Shown one piece after another: positions 1-13,145 of a stretch of DNA of 64,000 nucleotides; the stretch's first letter is position 1, and each line of letters opens with the position of its first letter. The translations under genes and the position numbers were made by a program. Location: the NCBI RefSeq assembly GCF_026210795.1, contig NC_089429.1, forward strand, positions 2,914,001 through 2,978,000. Reading direction: 5' to 3'. The notes below the pieces were generated by a model. The model saw only the letters and a program-made list of their open reading frames with translations, ran no database searches and was not told the DNA's origin. Source of the stretch: Rhizophagus irregularis. Lineage: Eukaryota.

Positions 1-1239
1 TGTTAATCCAGATATTCAGGAGTTATTATTTTATTGAACTTGGTTATATTGCTGTTTTATATAATTGCAAATCAATTTAAATCCTTTTTTTTTCTTATCA
101 ATTTCTTATTATACTTTTAAAAAAATAGTTAGATCATCTCTCATGCTCATAAAGCAGAAAAAACTACTATGCAGTTATCTTAATTTCATATTATTTACAT
201 TTAATAAAGTAAGACTTAGCTTTATACCTATCTTCTATTTTTTTGTTATTATAACCTAATTTGCATAATGGATAGATGGTTTCTCTCAAGATCTCACATG
301 ATGTTTCATTAGTAATTCTATAATAATCAAAATTTTTACTACTACATTTTCTATATAAATTAGAATATTAATTCAATATCTTGTTGCAAAAATAGAAATA
401 ATCATAAGTTGTAACTTAAATTGGGATGTAGATGATACATTTACTAGAAACATATCTGATAAAATTATTTCTAATTTGTTTAAATTTTATATATTTGTAT
501 AATAAAATTATATATGTCTGTATAATAAACTATATTAAAAATAATATATACTAATAAAATTTATGAAATCATAAATTTTACCTTATAATTACAAGTTACA
601 TTTTAAAATCCTATTTAATTTTATTATATATTTAATAGTTACATAAAAAAAACTTACCATGAAATTACATTTGCTTTTTTTAATTTATAAAGAATTTTAC
701 CTTATAAATTCTTGCTTAATTATTCTATATAATTTTTACTTTAGGCTTATGAGTAATCTCTATTAGAAGTAAGTAGTGTAATATAACACAAATGCAATAA
801 AAAATAAAACCCTTTTTATTTTATAAATTTTTTTAATAATTTACTATATTTTATATGTTTTTATTTGTATTGTATTACTCATCATATTTATTAGTTTATT
901 TTATACATATTTTTTAATGTTATATATATCTTTTTTTTTCATTAGTATTAACTATTCATTCTTCACTTTGTTACTTCTACTTTCACTTCACTTTCACCTC
1001 TATTTCATTCCATTTTGACACTTTTACTTCTATTTATTTTATTTCATTACTTTGTTATTTTTTGTAAATAGTTCTTTTCACATTTTAACAACTTTAAAAC
1101 TTTAGTACCAATATTCTTGTAAATAGTAAATTTATTTTTGGTTTTTTGGAATTGGAACTTAATTTTCTTTAATTAACTATTTTTCTTTTTTTTAGTTAAC
1201 TTTCACTTCTTTTTCAGACTTTATTTTTTTTTTTTCTAT

Positions 1240-1871
1240 CATACTTACTATTTTTTTTATTATCATTTCATTTTCTATTATTTTTTCCCATCACTATTTC
1301 ATTTGTCTTCTATCATTCTTTTTCCATCTTTATTTCTTTCACATTATTTTTTCATTTCTATTTCATACTATATTATTTTTTTATTACAATTTTGTTCTAT
1401 ATCATCATTTTATTCCTTTCATCACCATTTTGTCTTTATCATTTTTTTCTATTCCCATTTGGTTCTATATCATATTTTTATTATCATTTCATTTTATATC
1501 ATTTCTTTAGTCACCAATCATTTTTTTTTATCATAATTTTATTCTATATTGCTTTTTATCATCATTTCATTCCATATATACTATTTTTTTTCATTGCTAT
1601 TTTATCTGAATTGTGTTCTTTTTCCATTACTATTTCGTTTTGTAATTACTTTATTATTATTATTTTATTTTATACCATTCCTTTTATTACCATTTCATTT
1701 TATATCACTTTATTATTTCCTTTTATTACCATTTCATCTTATATCATTTTTTTTCTATCATTATTTCATTCTATATTGCTTTTCTTTATCTTTTTATTTT
1801 ATACTTTCCTTTTCATTGTTAATTTGTTATTTTGTCTTCTATTATTCTTTTTTTATTACCATTTCATTCTA
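1240..1871. repeat. Degenerate low-complexity tandem repeat (TTATTATCATTTCATT-like motifs)
   Basis: Recurring 'ttattatcatttcatt / ttattaccatttcatt' motifs. The F/I/Y-rich ORFs here are by-products. Similar sequence resumes at about 5092-5146, after the pogo-like insertion. Confidence 0.7.
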
Positions 1872-3357
1872 CAGTCAACTTTCGATATATCAAAGTCACC
1901 ATTTAAGACTAAAACTTCAGTATATAGTGATCTTCAGTATATCAAATTTTTTTATATACTGAAATTTATATATTTTTTTAGAAACCTTCGTTATATTAAG
2001 ATTAAAATCATGTGACTTTCATCACGATGTTAGACCAACTGAAACCTTATGTTTACTGAATAGCAATATTTAATAAGCATTAAAATTTTATATTTATTAA
2101 GCAATAAATGCTTAATATATTAAATAAGTACTAAATTTTAATATTTATTAACCATTTAATTTATTAAGCATTTTATTAGTATTTTAAGTAAATACTCAAA
2201 TGCATTTTACCAACATACCTTATATTTTATAAGTGCTAATAATAAATATTAATAAATTACTTTAACCAATATCATGATGTTATTATACTATAAAAATTGT
2301 TACATATTTTACGTTTAACAAATCTTGTTGCTAATCCAATTATCTAACAATACTTGTTTTTTGTGCTTTTTGTAAAAATAATCAATTTTACTTTTCATAT
2401 CTTTTAAAGCAGCTAAATATTTAATGAAAAATAAAAATAAGAGAAAAATTCTTTTTCAAAACTATTAAAAAACGTTTTTAACATTTTTTTTCTAATACAC
2501 TATTATAGGGAATCAGTTACAACGAATCCCATAGGTGAGTTTCAAAAAAAAATTTCAAACCTCTTTTTTTTTAATATACAATTATAGGGAATCGGTTATA
2601 ACGAATCCCATAGGTGAGTTTTGAAAAATAATTTTTCGAAACTCATTTTTTTTATTATTCAATTGTAGGGAATCGGTTATAACGAATCATATAGGTGAGT
2701 TTCAAAAAATTCTTTTTCGAAACTATTAAAAAACGTTTTTAACGTTTTTTTTCTAATACACTATTATAGGGAATCGGTTATAACGAATCCCATAGGTAAG
2801 TTTCAAAAATTATTTTTCAAAACTATTAAAAAAATGTTAACTAACGTTTTTTATTATTCTATTATAGGGAATCGGTTATAACGAATCCCATAGATAAGTT
2901 TCGAAAATTATTTTTTGAAACTTTTAAAAAAATGTTAACTAACATTTTTTTATTATTCTATTATAGGGAATCGGTTATAACGAATCCCATAGATAAGTTT
3001 CGAAACTATTTTTCGAAACTTTTAAAAAAACGTTAACTAATGTTTTTTTTTAATTCTATTATAGGGAATCAGTATAACGAATCCCATAGGTAAGTTTCGA
3101 AAAATATTTTTTCGAAACTATTAAAAAACGTTAACGTTTTTTTTTAATTCTTTTATAGGGAATCGGTATAACGAATCCCATAGGTAAGTTTCGAAAAATA
3201 ATTTTTTGAAACTATTAAAAAAATGTTAACGTTTTTTTTTAATTCTTTTATAGGGAATCGGTATAACGAATCCTATAGGTAAGTTTCGAAAAATATTTTT
3301 TCGAAACTATTAAAAAAACGTTTTTAACGTTTTTTTTTAAATGTTCTATTATAGGAA

Positions 3358-3872
3358 CACACGTCAAATAACCAAAAACAGGCAAAAAAAATGGCTAGAA
3401 TTGCATAAACTATTCGCAAATTTATATAAACTATTTACAAAAGGACCCCAGATATCTAATATAAAGGTCATAATGGACTTTTGGCCAAAAACACCCCTTT
3501 TTGCTGAAACTCAAAAAAACGTTTTTTGTAAATATCTCAGCATCCAGTAATTCAATTTTAATGAACTTTTTTTTATTTTGTAGCCCTCATTTAGCTCTAC
3601 AATTTAAAAAAAAGTTCATCAAAATTGGACCACTGGATGCCGAGATATTTACAAAAAACGATTTTTTGAGCCCCTGAAAAATAGGCCAATCTGCCGAAAG
3701 TGTGACTTATGACCTGTTTTGGAGATATCCGGGGTCCTTTTACAAATAGTATAGATTAATTCGCAAATAGCCAAAAACAGCCAAGAATAGCTAAGAATAG
3801 CCAAGAATAGCCAAGAATAGCCACTGCTTTTCACGCCATTTTTTTTGCCGATTTTTAGCATTTCGACCTGTG
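3358..3872. mobile_element. CACTA-type MITE (CACA termini, 3-bp TSD GAA)
   Basis: Starts CACACGTCAAAT and ends TTTCGACCTGTG. GAA at 3355-3357 and 3873-3875. Removing it restores an array core. Confidence 0.8.
3442..3738 (+). mobile_element. Fold-back MITE, AGGACCCC(G/A)GATATCT termini, 8-bp TSD TTTACAAA
   Basis: TSD at 3434-3441 and 3739-3746. Internally palindromic. A second copy lies inverted at 4754-5042. Confidence 0.85.
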
Positions 3873-3886
3873 GAAATTGGTATAAC

Positions 3887-4120
3887 TAAGGTTGCTTGCC
3901 GAAACCTAGAAGTTTAGGCAAGATGGCGTTTCGCCGAAAAGCGAAATTCTGCCGAAACTATATTAAAGTTATATTAAAAAACTGGCGAAACTTTGGAGAA
4001 AGGCGAAACTGCCGAAACTTATTATAAATGCCGAAACTGCCGAAACTCTGCTGAAACTATAATAAATCTATAGTAAAATTTTGACGAAACTAATCGTAGG
4101 ATTTTGAAGAGGTTTAGATA
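3887..4120 (+). mobile_element. hAT-type MITE (TAAGGTTGCTTG family), 8-bp TSD GGTATAAC
   Basis: TSD at 3879-3886 and 4121-4128. Near-identical reverse complement of 38294-38537. The right TIR lacks 10 bp (CAAGCAACCT). Many GCCGAAAC subterminal motifs. Confidence 0.85.
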
Positions 4121-4753
4121 GGTATAACGAATCCCATAGAATCCCATAAGTAATAAGTTTCGGAAATTTTTTTTCGAAACTATTAAAAAAATGATAATAA
4201 ACGTTTTTTTATTATTCTATTATAGGGAATTGGCTCTGATAGATGTATATACTGGAATCCCATAAGTAAGTTTTAACTTTTGAAACTTTTTTTAAAAAAC
4301 TTTCTTTAATGTTTTTTTATTTCTTTTGTAGAGAATTTGCTCCAACTTGGATACTGGATTCCAGATAAAATTTCAGTATTAGTAGTATTTCTGATTTTGT
4401 ATTTTTAATAATTAATAAATTTAAATATTAAATGTAATTATTGTAAAATATCAAATAAATTTAAATAAAAATGTAGATTTTCTTATTGTTATAAATTTAT
4501 CAAAAAGTTATCAATCGGTATACTGATATGTCAAATAGTAAATATCCAGTAAATATCCTATTGGTAACTATTAATACCCGATTATACTCTATTGAATATC
4601 CTGATTAGTACCTGAGTATCCTCCTTTTGCGCCATCTTTTGGCAGCAATCGGGTTTACCGATTGATGAAAATTTTTAAAAAAATAGTGACCAATCAGATG
4701 GAATTCAGTCACCTGATTGGTCCCCGATTTGACATCGTTCGACTAGTGTGATC

Positions 4754-5042
4754 AGGACCCGGATATCTTCAAAACAGGTCATAAAGATTTCACACTTTTG
4801 GGCAAAGCATTGGCCCATTTTTCGCGCTCAAAAAATCGTTTTTTGTAAATATCTCGGCATCCAGTGGTCCAATTTTGATGAACTTTTTTTTAAATTGTAG
4901 AGCTAAATGAGGGCTACAAAATAAAAAAAAGTTCATTAAAATTGAATTACTGGATGCTGAAACGATTTTTTGAGTTTCAGCAAAAAGAGGTGTTTTTGGC
5001 CAAAAGTCCATTATGACCTTTATATTAGATATCCGGGGTCCT
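4754..5042 (-). mobile_element. Fold-back MITE, second copy of the 3442-3738 family, 8-bp TSD GTGTGATC
   Basis: AGGACCCGGATATCT...AGATATCCGGGGTCCT; TSD at 4746-4753 and 5043-5050. Confidence 0.85.
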
Positions 5043-5420
5043 GTGTGATCTTTAGTATATCATGGCTTCAGTATATCGAGAGTATACTGTATATTATTTC
5101 TTATTACTCTTTTTATTCTTTTTTATTCCTTATCATTCTTTTATTTCGACTAAGTGTTAAAAATTAAAAATTAAAGGTGTACACAATTTTTTATTTTTTA
5201 GTTGATCATATAAAAAAATTATATAAAGTTACACAAATAAAATAATTAAGTTTCATTAATAATACTATTAATTAATTATAATTACGTAACACTGGTGTTG
5301 ACTACTAATAATGGTAAATAGCAAACTTCTATCTTTTATTATACTTGTAAAATATTATATCTTTATATAAAAATTAAAAACAATATTTTAAATCCTTTTT
5401 AATATACTAAATAAACTAAA

Positions 5421-5957
5421 CACAGGTCGAAAAGTGAAAAATCAGGCATCAATCAGTCACCAATCGGTCACCAATCAGGTACCTGATTTGTGACCGATTG
5501 GTGACTGATTGGCATTTTCGCTAAATATCGTCACCAATCAGGCAGTTTGCTAATTTTTGATCTAGTGATCAGAAAAGGATGAAATATAGCTCATTGGAAT
5601 CGTCTCAACATGACGAATCTAATAGTAGTAAAATCGCATCTCTAGGATTAATAGTTAATAAAAAATTAAATAAAATATAAATAATACATTTTTATTTTTA
5701 TATTTTACTTAATTTCTCATCAAGTATTAATTCTAGAAATGCGATTTTACTACCATTAGATTTGTCATGTTGAGATGATTCCAATGAGCTATATTTCATC
5801 CTTTTCTGATCACTGGATCAAAAGTTAGCAAACTACCTGATTGGTGATGATATTTGGCAAAAATGCCAATCAGGCACCAATCGGTCACCAATCAGTCACC
5901 AATAAGCTACCTGATTGGTGACCAATTGGTGCCTGATTTTTCACTTTTCGACCTGTG
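5421..5957. mobile_element. 537-bp palindromic CACTA-type MITE, 3-bp TSD AAA
   Basis: Long TIRs starting CACAGGTCGAAAAGTGAAAAATCAGGCA; inverted symmetry runs almost to the centre. Repeated CCAATC motifs. AAA at 5418-5420 and 5958-5960. Confidence 0.85.
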
Positions 5958-7989
5958 AAATAAAATTGTAAAGTAAGCAAAAATATATATATTATAATTT
6001 TTAAAAAATATTAGTATATAAAGGTTAGTATCAAAATATAATAAAATAAAAAAATTAATAATAATTAAAAAATTTAGTAAAAATCATTAAAAGGATATAT
6101 TATTGTATATATAAAAAAGTTTATCAATTAAAAAACTATTTTATTAATTAAAATAATTTAAATAAATACACAAAAAAAATATTTAAAAAATATTAATTAT
6201 TTGAAAAAATAGTAAAAATACATTAAAAAATGACTAAAAAAAAATGTTAAAAATAAATATTTTATTAATTTAATTTTAAAAAATATAATTTATTAATAAT
6301 ATATAATAAAATAACATTTTTTTTATTACTTTTATAATACTAATAAATAGTATAAATTTATATAAAAAAAATTAATATTTTTGATAAAGGTTTTTACTTC
6401 AAATCATTAGAGAAGTGATTATTATTGTTGGTCAGAATTATTAATTTTTACTGGTACTATATTTTTTAATACTAGTTAATTGTCATAATTTCAGTTATTG
6501 GTGAATGGTGATCATCACCTTTGGTGATAGTTAAAAAAATTCTTTAATAAATTTACTATAAATTTAATTTTTTTCATAAAGTTTTGTTTTAGATTAATTT
6601 GCATATATCTTATTACTGATCAAATAAATAAAATATATAACAACTCTTTAATGTAAAAAAAAAAACAAATAAATTTTTTATATTAAAATATTTATTTATT
6701 ACATACTTAATTTTATAATTTTTTAAAAAAAATTATATTATATAATAAAAATTTTAATATAAAAAACAATTAATAAGCTGATAATTAAAAAGTAATAGAA
6801 TCTTAAAAAATATATATAAAGATAAAATTCAATCAAAAAAAAAATTTACTATAAACTCTAACAAATTACTGACTAGTATTATCTAAAAAGGAATAAACTA
6901 CATAATTTTTTGAATTTATTTTAAGCATTATCTCTACTTATCTAAAAATTTTCTGGATTCTGATAACCTTTATTAAAAATAGCTAAATTTTATTTAATTT
7001 AAAAAAATATTTTTTATATTTATAGATTTAGTAGTTAATAACTTAATATACAATTACAAATTAAAATCTTTAGTTAATAAATTACTTTGGTTTCTGATTA
7101 TTTTAATAGAAATATGCTAAATTATATTATTATTATTGAATCTACCTATCAAATAATTATAATATTTTAATATTTTGTAAAAATAATACAGTACGTTACC
7201 TCTATACTCAACCAATAACTTATACTGAGTAGCATGCATTAATAACATTAAATTTAACAATAAGGATTTCTTTATAACTTTCAAAAAAAGTCAAGATTTC
7301 TTAACCATATTTACAGTTTAATATGGAACTCAATTAGTTTATAAAATGTACCAATAACTCATTTCCATCTAAAAAGAATTAAAGATTCAATAGGGATATA
7401 CTTGGTCAAATTATAACCTATTTCAGGATTGTGCTACCCCATGCTAAAATAAAATTTACAGATTACAAGATGATTACCAGACAAAAACCGGACAATTTGC
7501 CCAGTGTAATTATAATCACCCAATAATCACATCGTACGCAAAAATTCAACAACAATGATAAAGCCATTTTACGTGATAAGTTCTAATTTTTATTTAATAG
7601 TTACGGTCTTGATCATGCATAGTAACAATTTTTTTACTTTTTCCGGAACAATTTATGTCCTTATTACAAAACGGAGTTTTAGCAAATCCCAATTTTTTTA
7701 TAGTAAATAATTTATTTGTCATTATAAAATAAAAATATTGTTTTAGTTAATAACATTATTTATTATTGTACAACAAATAATAATATCAGTACATAAAAAT
7801 CTGCAATATTAGTATAGTAAACAAAAATAGGTTCATGAAATCCGCATGACCTAATTAAGATGAGATGAACGATAACAAGAATTATTTATTCGTATGTATT
7901 AATTTCAATATCAACATTTACAAAATATAAAATTTTCAAATCAATTATACATGTGCTTGCACAGCACACGGACATCCTACAGAATTGTT

Positions 7990-8320
7990 TCCCAGAATTT
8001 TACTTTTGAGAGGAACTCTGACTCATCCTAGCACCTTTGGCAGTCTGTGACAGAATTATGACAACATTCATTCTCCAGACTCATCCAGAAAACATTCGGG
8101 CTCATCCTAGAATTAAACCAAAAGTGCATACGAAAGATTTGTTTCTCAGGAATTCAGACTCACCCAATCACTTTTGGCAATCTGTGACAGATTTATGACA
8201 GAATGCATTCTCCAGACTCATCCAGAGAACATTCGGACTCATCGGACTCATCCAAGCACTCTGAAATCAAAAATACATCCGAAAAATCATCTCTCAGGAA
8301 CTAGGTTTCATCCTAGTACC
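7990..8320. repeat. Short imperfect direct repeats (GACTCATCCAG; GGCAGTCTGTGACAGA..TTATGACA..CATTCTCCAGACTCATCCAGA, about 135-bp period)
   Basis: Two to three related blocks at about 8019-8110, 8157-8255 and 8290-8320. Confidence 0.55.
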
Positions 8321-11300
8321 TCCAATTCTTTTTTGCAACTTTATCTTCATTATCATCCTCTCGCTCTTTAATTGATATTATTATTTATTAAGTATACACA
8401 ATGCTTTCCATATTTGTATTAATTTTAACCTATCATCATATGCTTTTGGAATTGTAATGTGTCCAGGCTAGATAAAAAAAGGAAAGAGGTGATAAGCCCA
8501 AAATCAAGCAAAAATATCTATACTTGAAAAAGGATTTTCATTCTCTCCTGACAATTGTGTATTCATCCTCTTTTCTACGGCATTTAAATGAACGAACATC
8601 TTTCGTAACCCGTATTTTCAATACAATTTATATACTTGTAATATACACGTGCCTTCAATCCACTCATACAGAATTTCTTTTGTTATTCACAAGACTTTTT
8701 GGTGGCATTTGTCCAATATAAATGGCCAGGCAAAAGGCTTTGGAGAATTAGTGAATCATCCGTCATAAACAAATTTCTTGTATTAGTCAAGTAAATCACA
8801 AAGAAAAAGATTAAACAAATAAATAAATTAAACATAAATTTACCTGAACATTTGTTGACAAAATGCCAAATCCGGTAGCCTCTATGGAATATATACTTTA
8901 ACGGTGTGATGGAGACCAGTTTTGTCCTTTGTATAATTTAATTATTATACTTCCGTCGTGCTAAAACTGTATACATCACAGAAATTATACTGGTTCGAGT
9001 TGCCTAATGGATAAAGATCATAGCGTCATAATTCTTTTCAATTAATTCAATTCTAAATAAATATAACTACCGTCAAAAATGCGGAATAACACACGCGTCT
9101 TGCTGTTGGAATTATCTGCCTATCATCACAGTATGTAGGTTCCGGTGCTAAATAGCATAAAGTATCCCCAAGTTTGACATTACGTATGGTTATAGGACGC
9201 GGGTAAGGATAAAATTAAGTTGAATTAATAACAATTAATAAAATAAGATTTATGAGATTATGTTCATCAAATAGAGTCATAGAGGTCCTTTCCGAGTACC
9301 CTCATTGAAAACCTTGTCCGCTTGTATTGAATGATTTGAATCCTAAACACTTTTGTAGGCAAAGTTCAGTATCATCATACACTTTTGGTTAACAGAGAAA
9401 ATTAACAAATCGATGACGATTATCACGTGATTTTGGCACACAACGCGAATCTGGTTTATTCAAGTCATCGAACTCGTTACGTAAGACACGTAATATACGT
9501 AAGATTTAACCAATCGAATTCGTCAAAAACCCCATACCTAGGATGGTAACTTGGGAGTTGGGACTAACTGTAAAATGTTTGATTCCGAATATATATAATA
9601 TTTTTTTTTATCAAAGAACTTTTTTCACATTTTAGGGATTACTTAATCTTGTATCATGGAAATTGTATATTCGAAAGAAAAAGTAAGATATATTATTTGA
9701 GTAATAATAAAGTCAATTAGAAACGTTAAAACTTACAATTGTAAAATTTCTGGAGGATATTCTATGATTATATGAACTGGTTTGAATGTATATCTCTGCC
9801 AGTTGAATATTCAGTCATTCTCAGCCCAAATGACTCCTCCATCATCGCCTCAGAAATCCACTTAGCCTCGATAGGATCGAGTGGTTCACTGGCAAAATTA
9901 ATAATCCTTGGAATATATATATACTCTATATGGCGTATCTTAATTCATCGTATACAATAGGTTTATTAGTGTTGGATAATAATAATACACGTGATATATA
10001 TGGGATTTAACTCGTATTCCGCCATAGCGATGTAATAAATTTGGAAATCAAAATATTAAAATTCTAACTTTTACAGTAAAATAAAATAAACATTTATTTG
10101 ACAAAAAAAAAAAATTAATTTAAAAAAGATTGAAATTAAAAAAAAAAAAACGCCAAAGTTTATCTATTATTTTGAATAAATTATTATGTGTAATTTTGTT
10201 TGTTTGTCACTAGTGAATGTGGGGAAGGAAAACATTCTATTTATGATATAAATTACGATAATTCTGCAGAATGTTAATCAATTTATGGGTCATTTGATAT
10301 TTTAAAAAAAAAAACTTGAGACCTTGATTTAGTTCAAGTTTTTTTTAAAAAATTTCCCACCAATGTTACAAACAATCTTCAACATATACTTTGTAGTAAC
10401 TCTGTAGTAACTTTTTTGATTGTGAAATGTTTAGCTATCGCGAAGCTTATCAGTTAATTCAATTACATCACGGTGACGGATTGAAAAAAAAAAGTAGAAC
10501 AGCGGAGTGCAGAAAAAAAGAGAGTCACACCACATATTAAGGACAATGGTCGTTGAAGATCTTTTCTTGCCAAAAAAACAGGTATTATTCCTATGTAAGA
10601 AAGCATGAATTATCAACATTTTCATGTTAAAATTACTGCAAGATTAGTTAATGGGCTGTTTAATTTTCAGTGACACACGAAAACGACAGCAAGTTGCATG
10701 ATTTCTTTGTTTTTTTAATGCGCTTTTTTACGGATATTTGTAACTTTATGTCATGCGTAGATCCGATTTTCAAGACAAAGTCTCTTTTATATTAACCCAA
10801 TTTTACCTTTTTTAAAATTTAAGTGATTTCAATAATGAATGCATGAAAAATATTTTTTTTTTTTTTTTTAATATTTACCTTATCCGTTATTTTAATAGTT
10901 ACAAAAATCTCTAAATCCCTTCAAATCTATCACCTCATTTCTCACCTGATTCAGATAATCCAGATACCTGGAGTTGTACTATAACTCGGCTTACCCCACA
11001 AACTCTCTTTCTTGTGACATTTCTCTTTTTATCACGGATGTAGTTTACGTAGTGTCACAACTTGCTTGGCTGATTTTCTCTGATTACATTTTGCATTAGT
11101 ACTTATTTACAATAAGAAATTTTATTTTCCTGTTCTTTTTGTACTCTTTTAACCCCTTTCTATTTTTTTCAGCCCCCTTTGTTACCAATAAAACAGTACC
11201 ATTAAATATATATATATATAAAAAAAAATTCAAATTTTTATTTTTCACTTTTTTCAAAGCGGACAATTATTTTTTCGTTGTCTCTTTATCATATCATAGA

Positions 11301-11881
11301 TCCTTTTACATTTTTTTTTTTCTTTTTTTATCATTTAATATTGTCCTTCACGCGCTTCCTTTCCATACTTGATTAAAAAAAAAATTATATGTCGTAACCC
11401 ATACCTTACATCACATTTACATTTTTTTATTTTAATTTTAATATTTAAAGTATCATTAATAAATCAAAAGCATTCATTATATAAATGCATTGTCTCCCTA
11501 TACTATTTTTCTTTCATTAGTCCTTTATTAAAATCATCGAATCTCGGGAGAATTTATTATTCTGTTCGTTCACGAAGACAGAAATAAATAAAGAAGAGTA
11601 TAGGGTATAGTTTATATAAACTCTCACTATTATTCTTTTTTACCATAATAAAAAAAAGCTTACATACTTTTCGTTATAATTTAGAGGTGTATTCTACTCT
11701 ATTGACCTCGATAATTATTATTTAATATTTAGTTAGATTTTAATAAATAACTGAGTTATTTCCTCAATTATAAAAAATCAAGGTTTCTTTTTTTTTCTTT
11801 TAACTTTTTTCTCTGTCGTTTTTTACCTGCCGCAGTAATAACTTATATTATGTATTGTATTTTATCATTTCTTTTAAAAAG

Positions 11882-13145
11882 ATGTCGTCAACAAAGGAAA
11901 CTTACTTTAACCCTTCTGAGCGTATTGGAAGTTTTATTGATAATGGTCGTCTCGAGATAACTAATATCCTTGGAATCGGTGCCTATGGTGTAGTTTATTC
12001 TGCAAAACATGTTTTAAATCAACATGTATATGCGGTAAAATGTATGCCAAAGACAAATATTGATGCAAGACAACATCGATTACATGAATCAGAGATAAGA
12101 TTACACGCTCAAGTTTCAGGCCATCCAAATATCATAAGTTTAGAAAAAGTTGTTGAAACCTCTGATACACTTAACGTAGCACTTGAATATTGTCATGAGG
12201 GTGATTTATTCTCAATGATAACTGAAAAAGGTGGTTATCTTGGAAATGATCAACTTATCAAACAAGTTTTTATACAAATACTCGATGCTGTACAATTTTG
12301 TCATTTTAACGGAATTTATCATCGAGATTTAAAACCTGAAAACATCCTAGTCTTTGATGGAGGAAGGACTGTAAAACTTGCTGATTTTGGTTTGGCTACA
12401 ACTGATTGTTGGTCGAGGGATTTCGGTTGTGGATCAACTTTTTATATGAGTCCAGGTATTATTTTATTTTATTTTTATCTTATTTTATTTTCATTCATTA
12501 TCAATTATTGAAAATATATATATATCTATTTTAGAATGTCAAGGTGGACTAAATAAAAGAGTACGAGGATATGCAACCGCTTCCAATGATGTATGGTCTT
12601 TAGGAGTTATTCTTATTAATCTTACTTGTGGTCGTAATCCTTGGAAACAAGCTTGTCTTCGTGATGAAACTTTTTCCGTATTTTTACGAGATCGTGATTT
12701 TTTAAAGACAATTCTCCCGCTTTCTGACGAACTCAATGAAATTTTAAAAGATATCTTTACTCTTGATCCTGAAAAACGCATTTCATTGGATGAACTTAGA
12801 GAACGTATACTCTCATGTCGCAAATTTACTGTATCAGAATATGACGATTTTATCGAAGAGGAAGAAATCTCTTCAACATCACATGATCGTTTATCTACAA
12901 GTTCTTCCGCTACTGCTTGTTCATGGTATTCAATGAATTCAGAACTAGGTTTCTCAGCTGCCCCTTCGGAATTCGACGATTATGATCGTTGTTCAACTTC
13001 AAATAATTCTGCTTCTTCTTTGTCAACTTTAGCAAATAGTCAGCCAGATTTGATTAAATGTATCGATCATGACTTGGAATTCAATCTGAAATGCGATGAC
13101 CATTTAATGGAAAATCAAAAAATTCAGACTATATATACCTTTTAA
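11882..13145 (+). CDS. Ran1/Pat1 (Sks1/Vhs1)-like Ser/Thr protein kinase, 2 exons (11882-12455, 12535-13145), 394 aa
   Basis: Motifs GIGAYGVV, YAVK, HRDLKPEN, DFGLA. Splicing a 79-nt GT-AG intron gives GCGSTFYMSPECQGG...NDVWSLGVILINLTCGRNPW, typical of the Ran1 family. Ser-rich C-terminal tail. Confidence 0.92.

Larger units (their letters stand above)
2440..4290. repeat. Tandem array of about 80-100 bp units built from hairpins (core TATAGGGAATCGGTTATAACGAATCCCATAGG), about 11 copies, interrupted at 3358-3872 and 3887-4120
   Basis: Core at about 2505, 2584, 2665, 2766, 2864, 2963, 3061, 3155 and 3250, a split copy at 3351-4140, and a degenerate copy near 4221. Linkers are palindromic (GTTTCGAAAA..TTTTCGAAAC; AAAAACGTT..AACGTTTTT). 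Confidence 0.9.
1872..5089. mobile_element. Pogo/Tc1-mariner-like non-autonomous element (outer shell of a nested cluster)
   Basis: Left end TA|CAGTCAACTTTCGATATATCAAAG; right end (reverse complement) TA|CAGTATACTCTCGATATACTGAAG. TA flanks both ends, and the host low-complexity repeat resumes after 5091. Confidence 0.6.

Noticed and set aside
1303..2015. Long hydrophobic ORFs (up to 207 aa) as membrane proteins
   Set aside because: Produced by T-rich low-complexity repeats that are open in several frames.
2440..3357. CRISPR-like look (constant palindromic core with intervening sequence)
   Set aside because: The intervening segments are homologous to each other rather than unique spacers; no cas genes; eukaryotic context.
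5960..7500. Extremely AT-rich tracts (also 18800-20550) as functional elements
   Set aside because: No interpretable ORF or repeat structure; probably very old decayed repeats.
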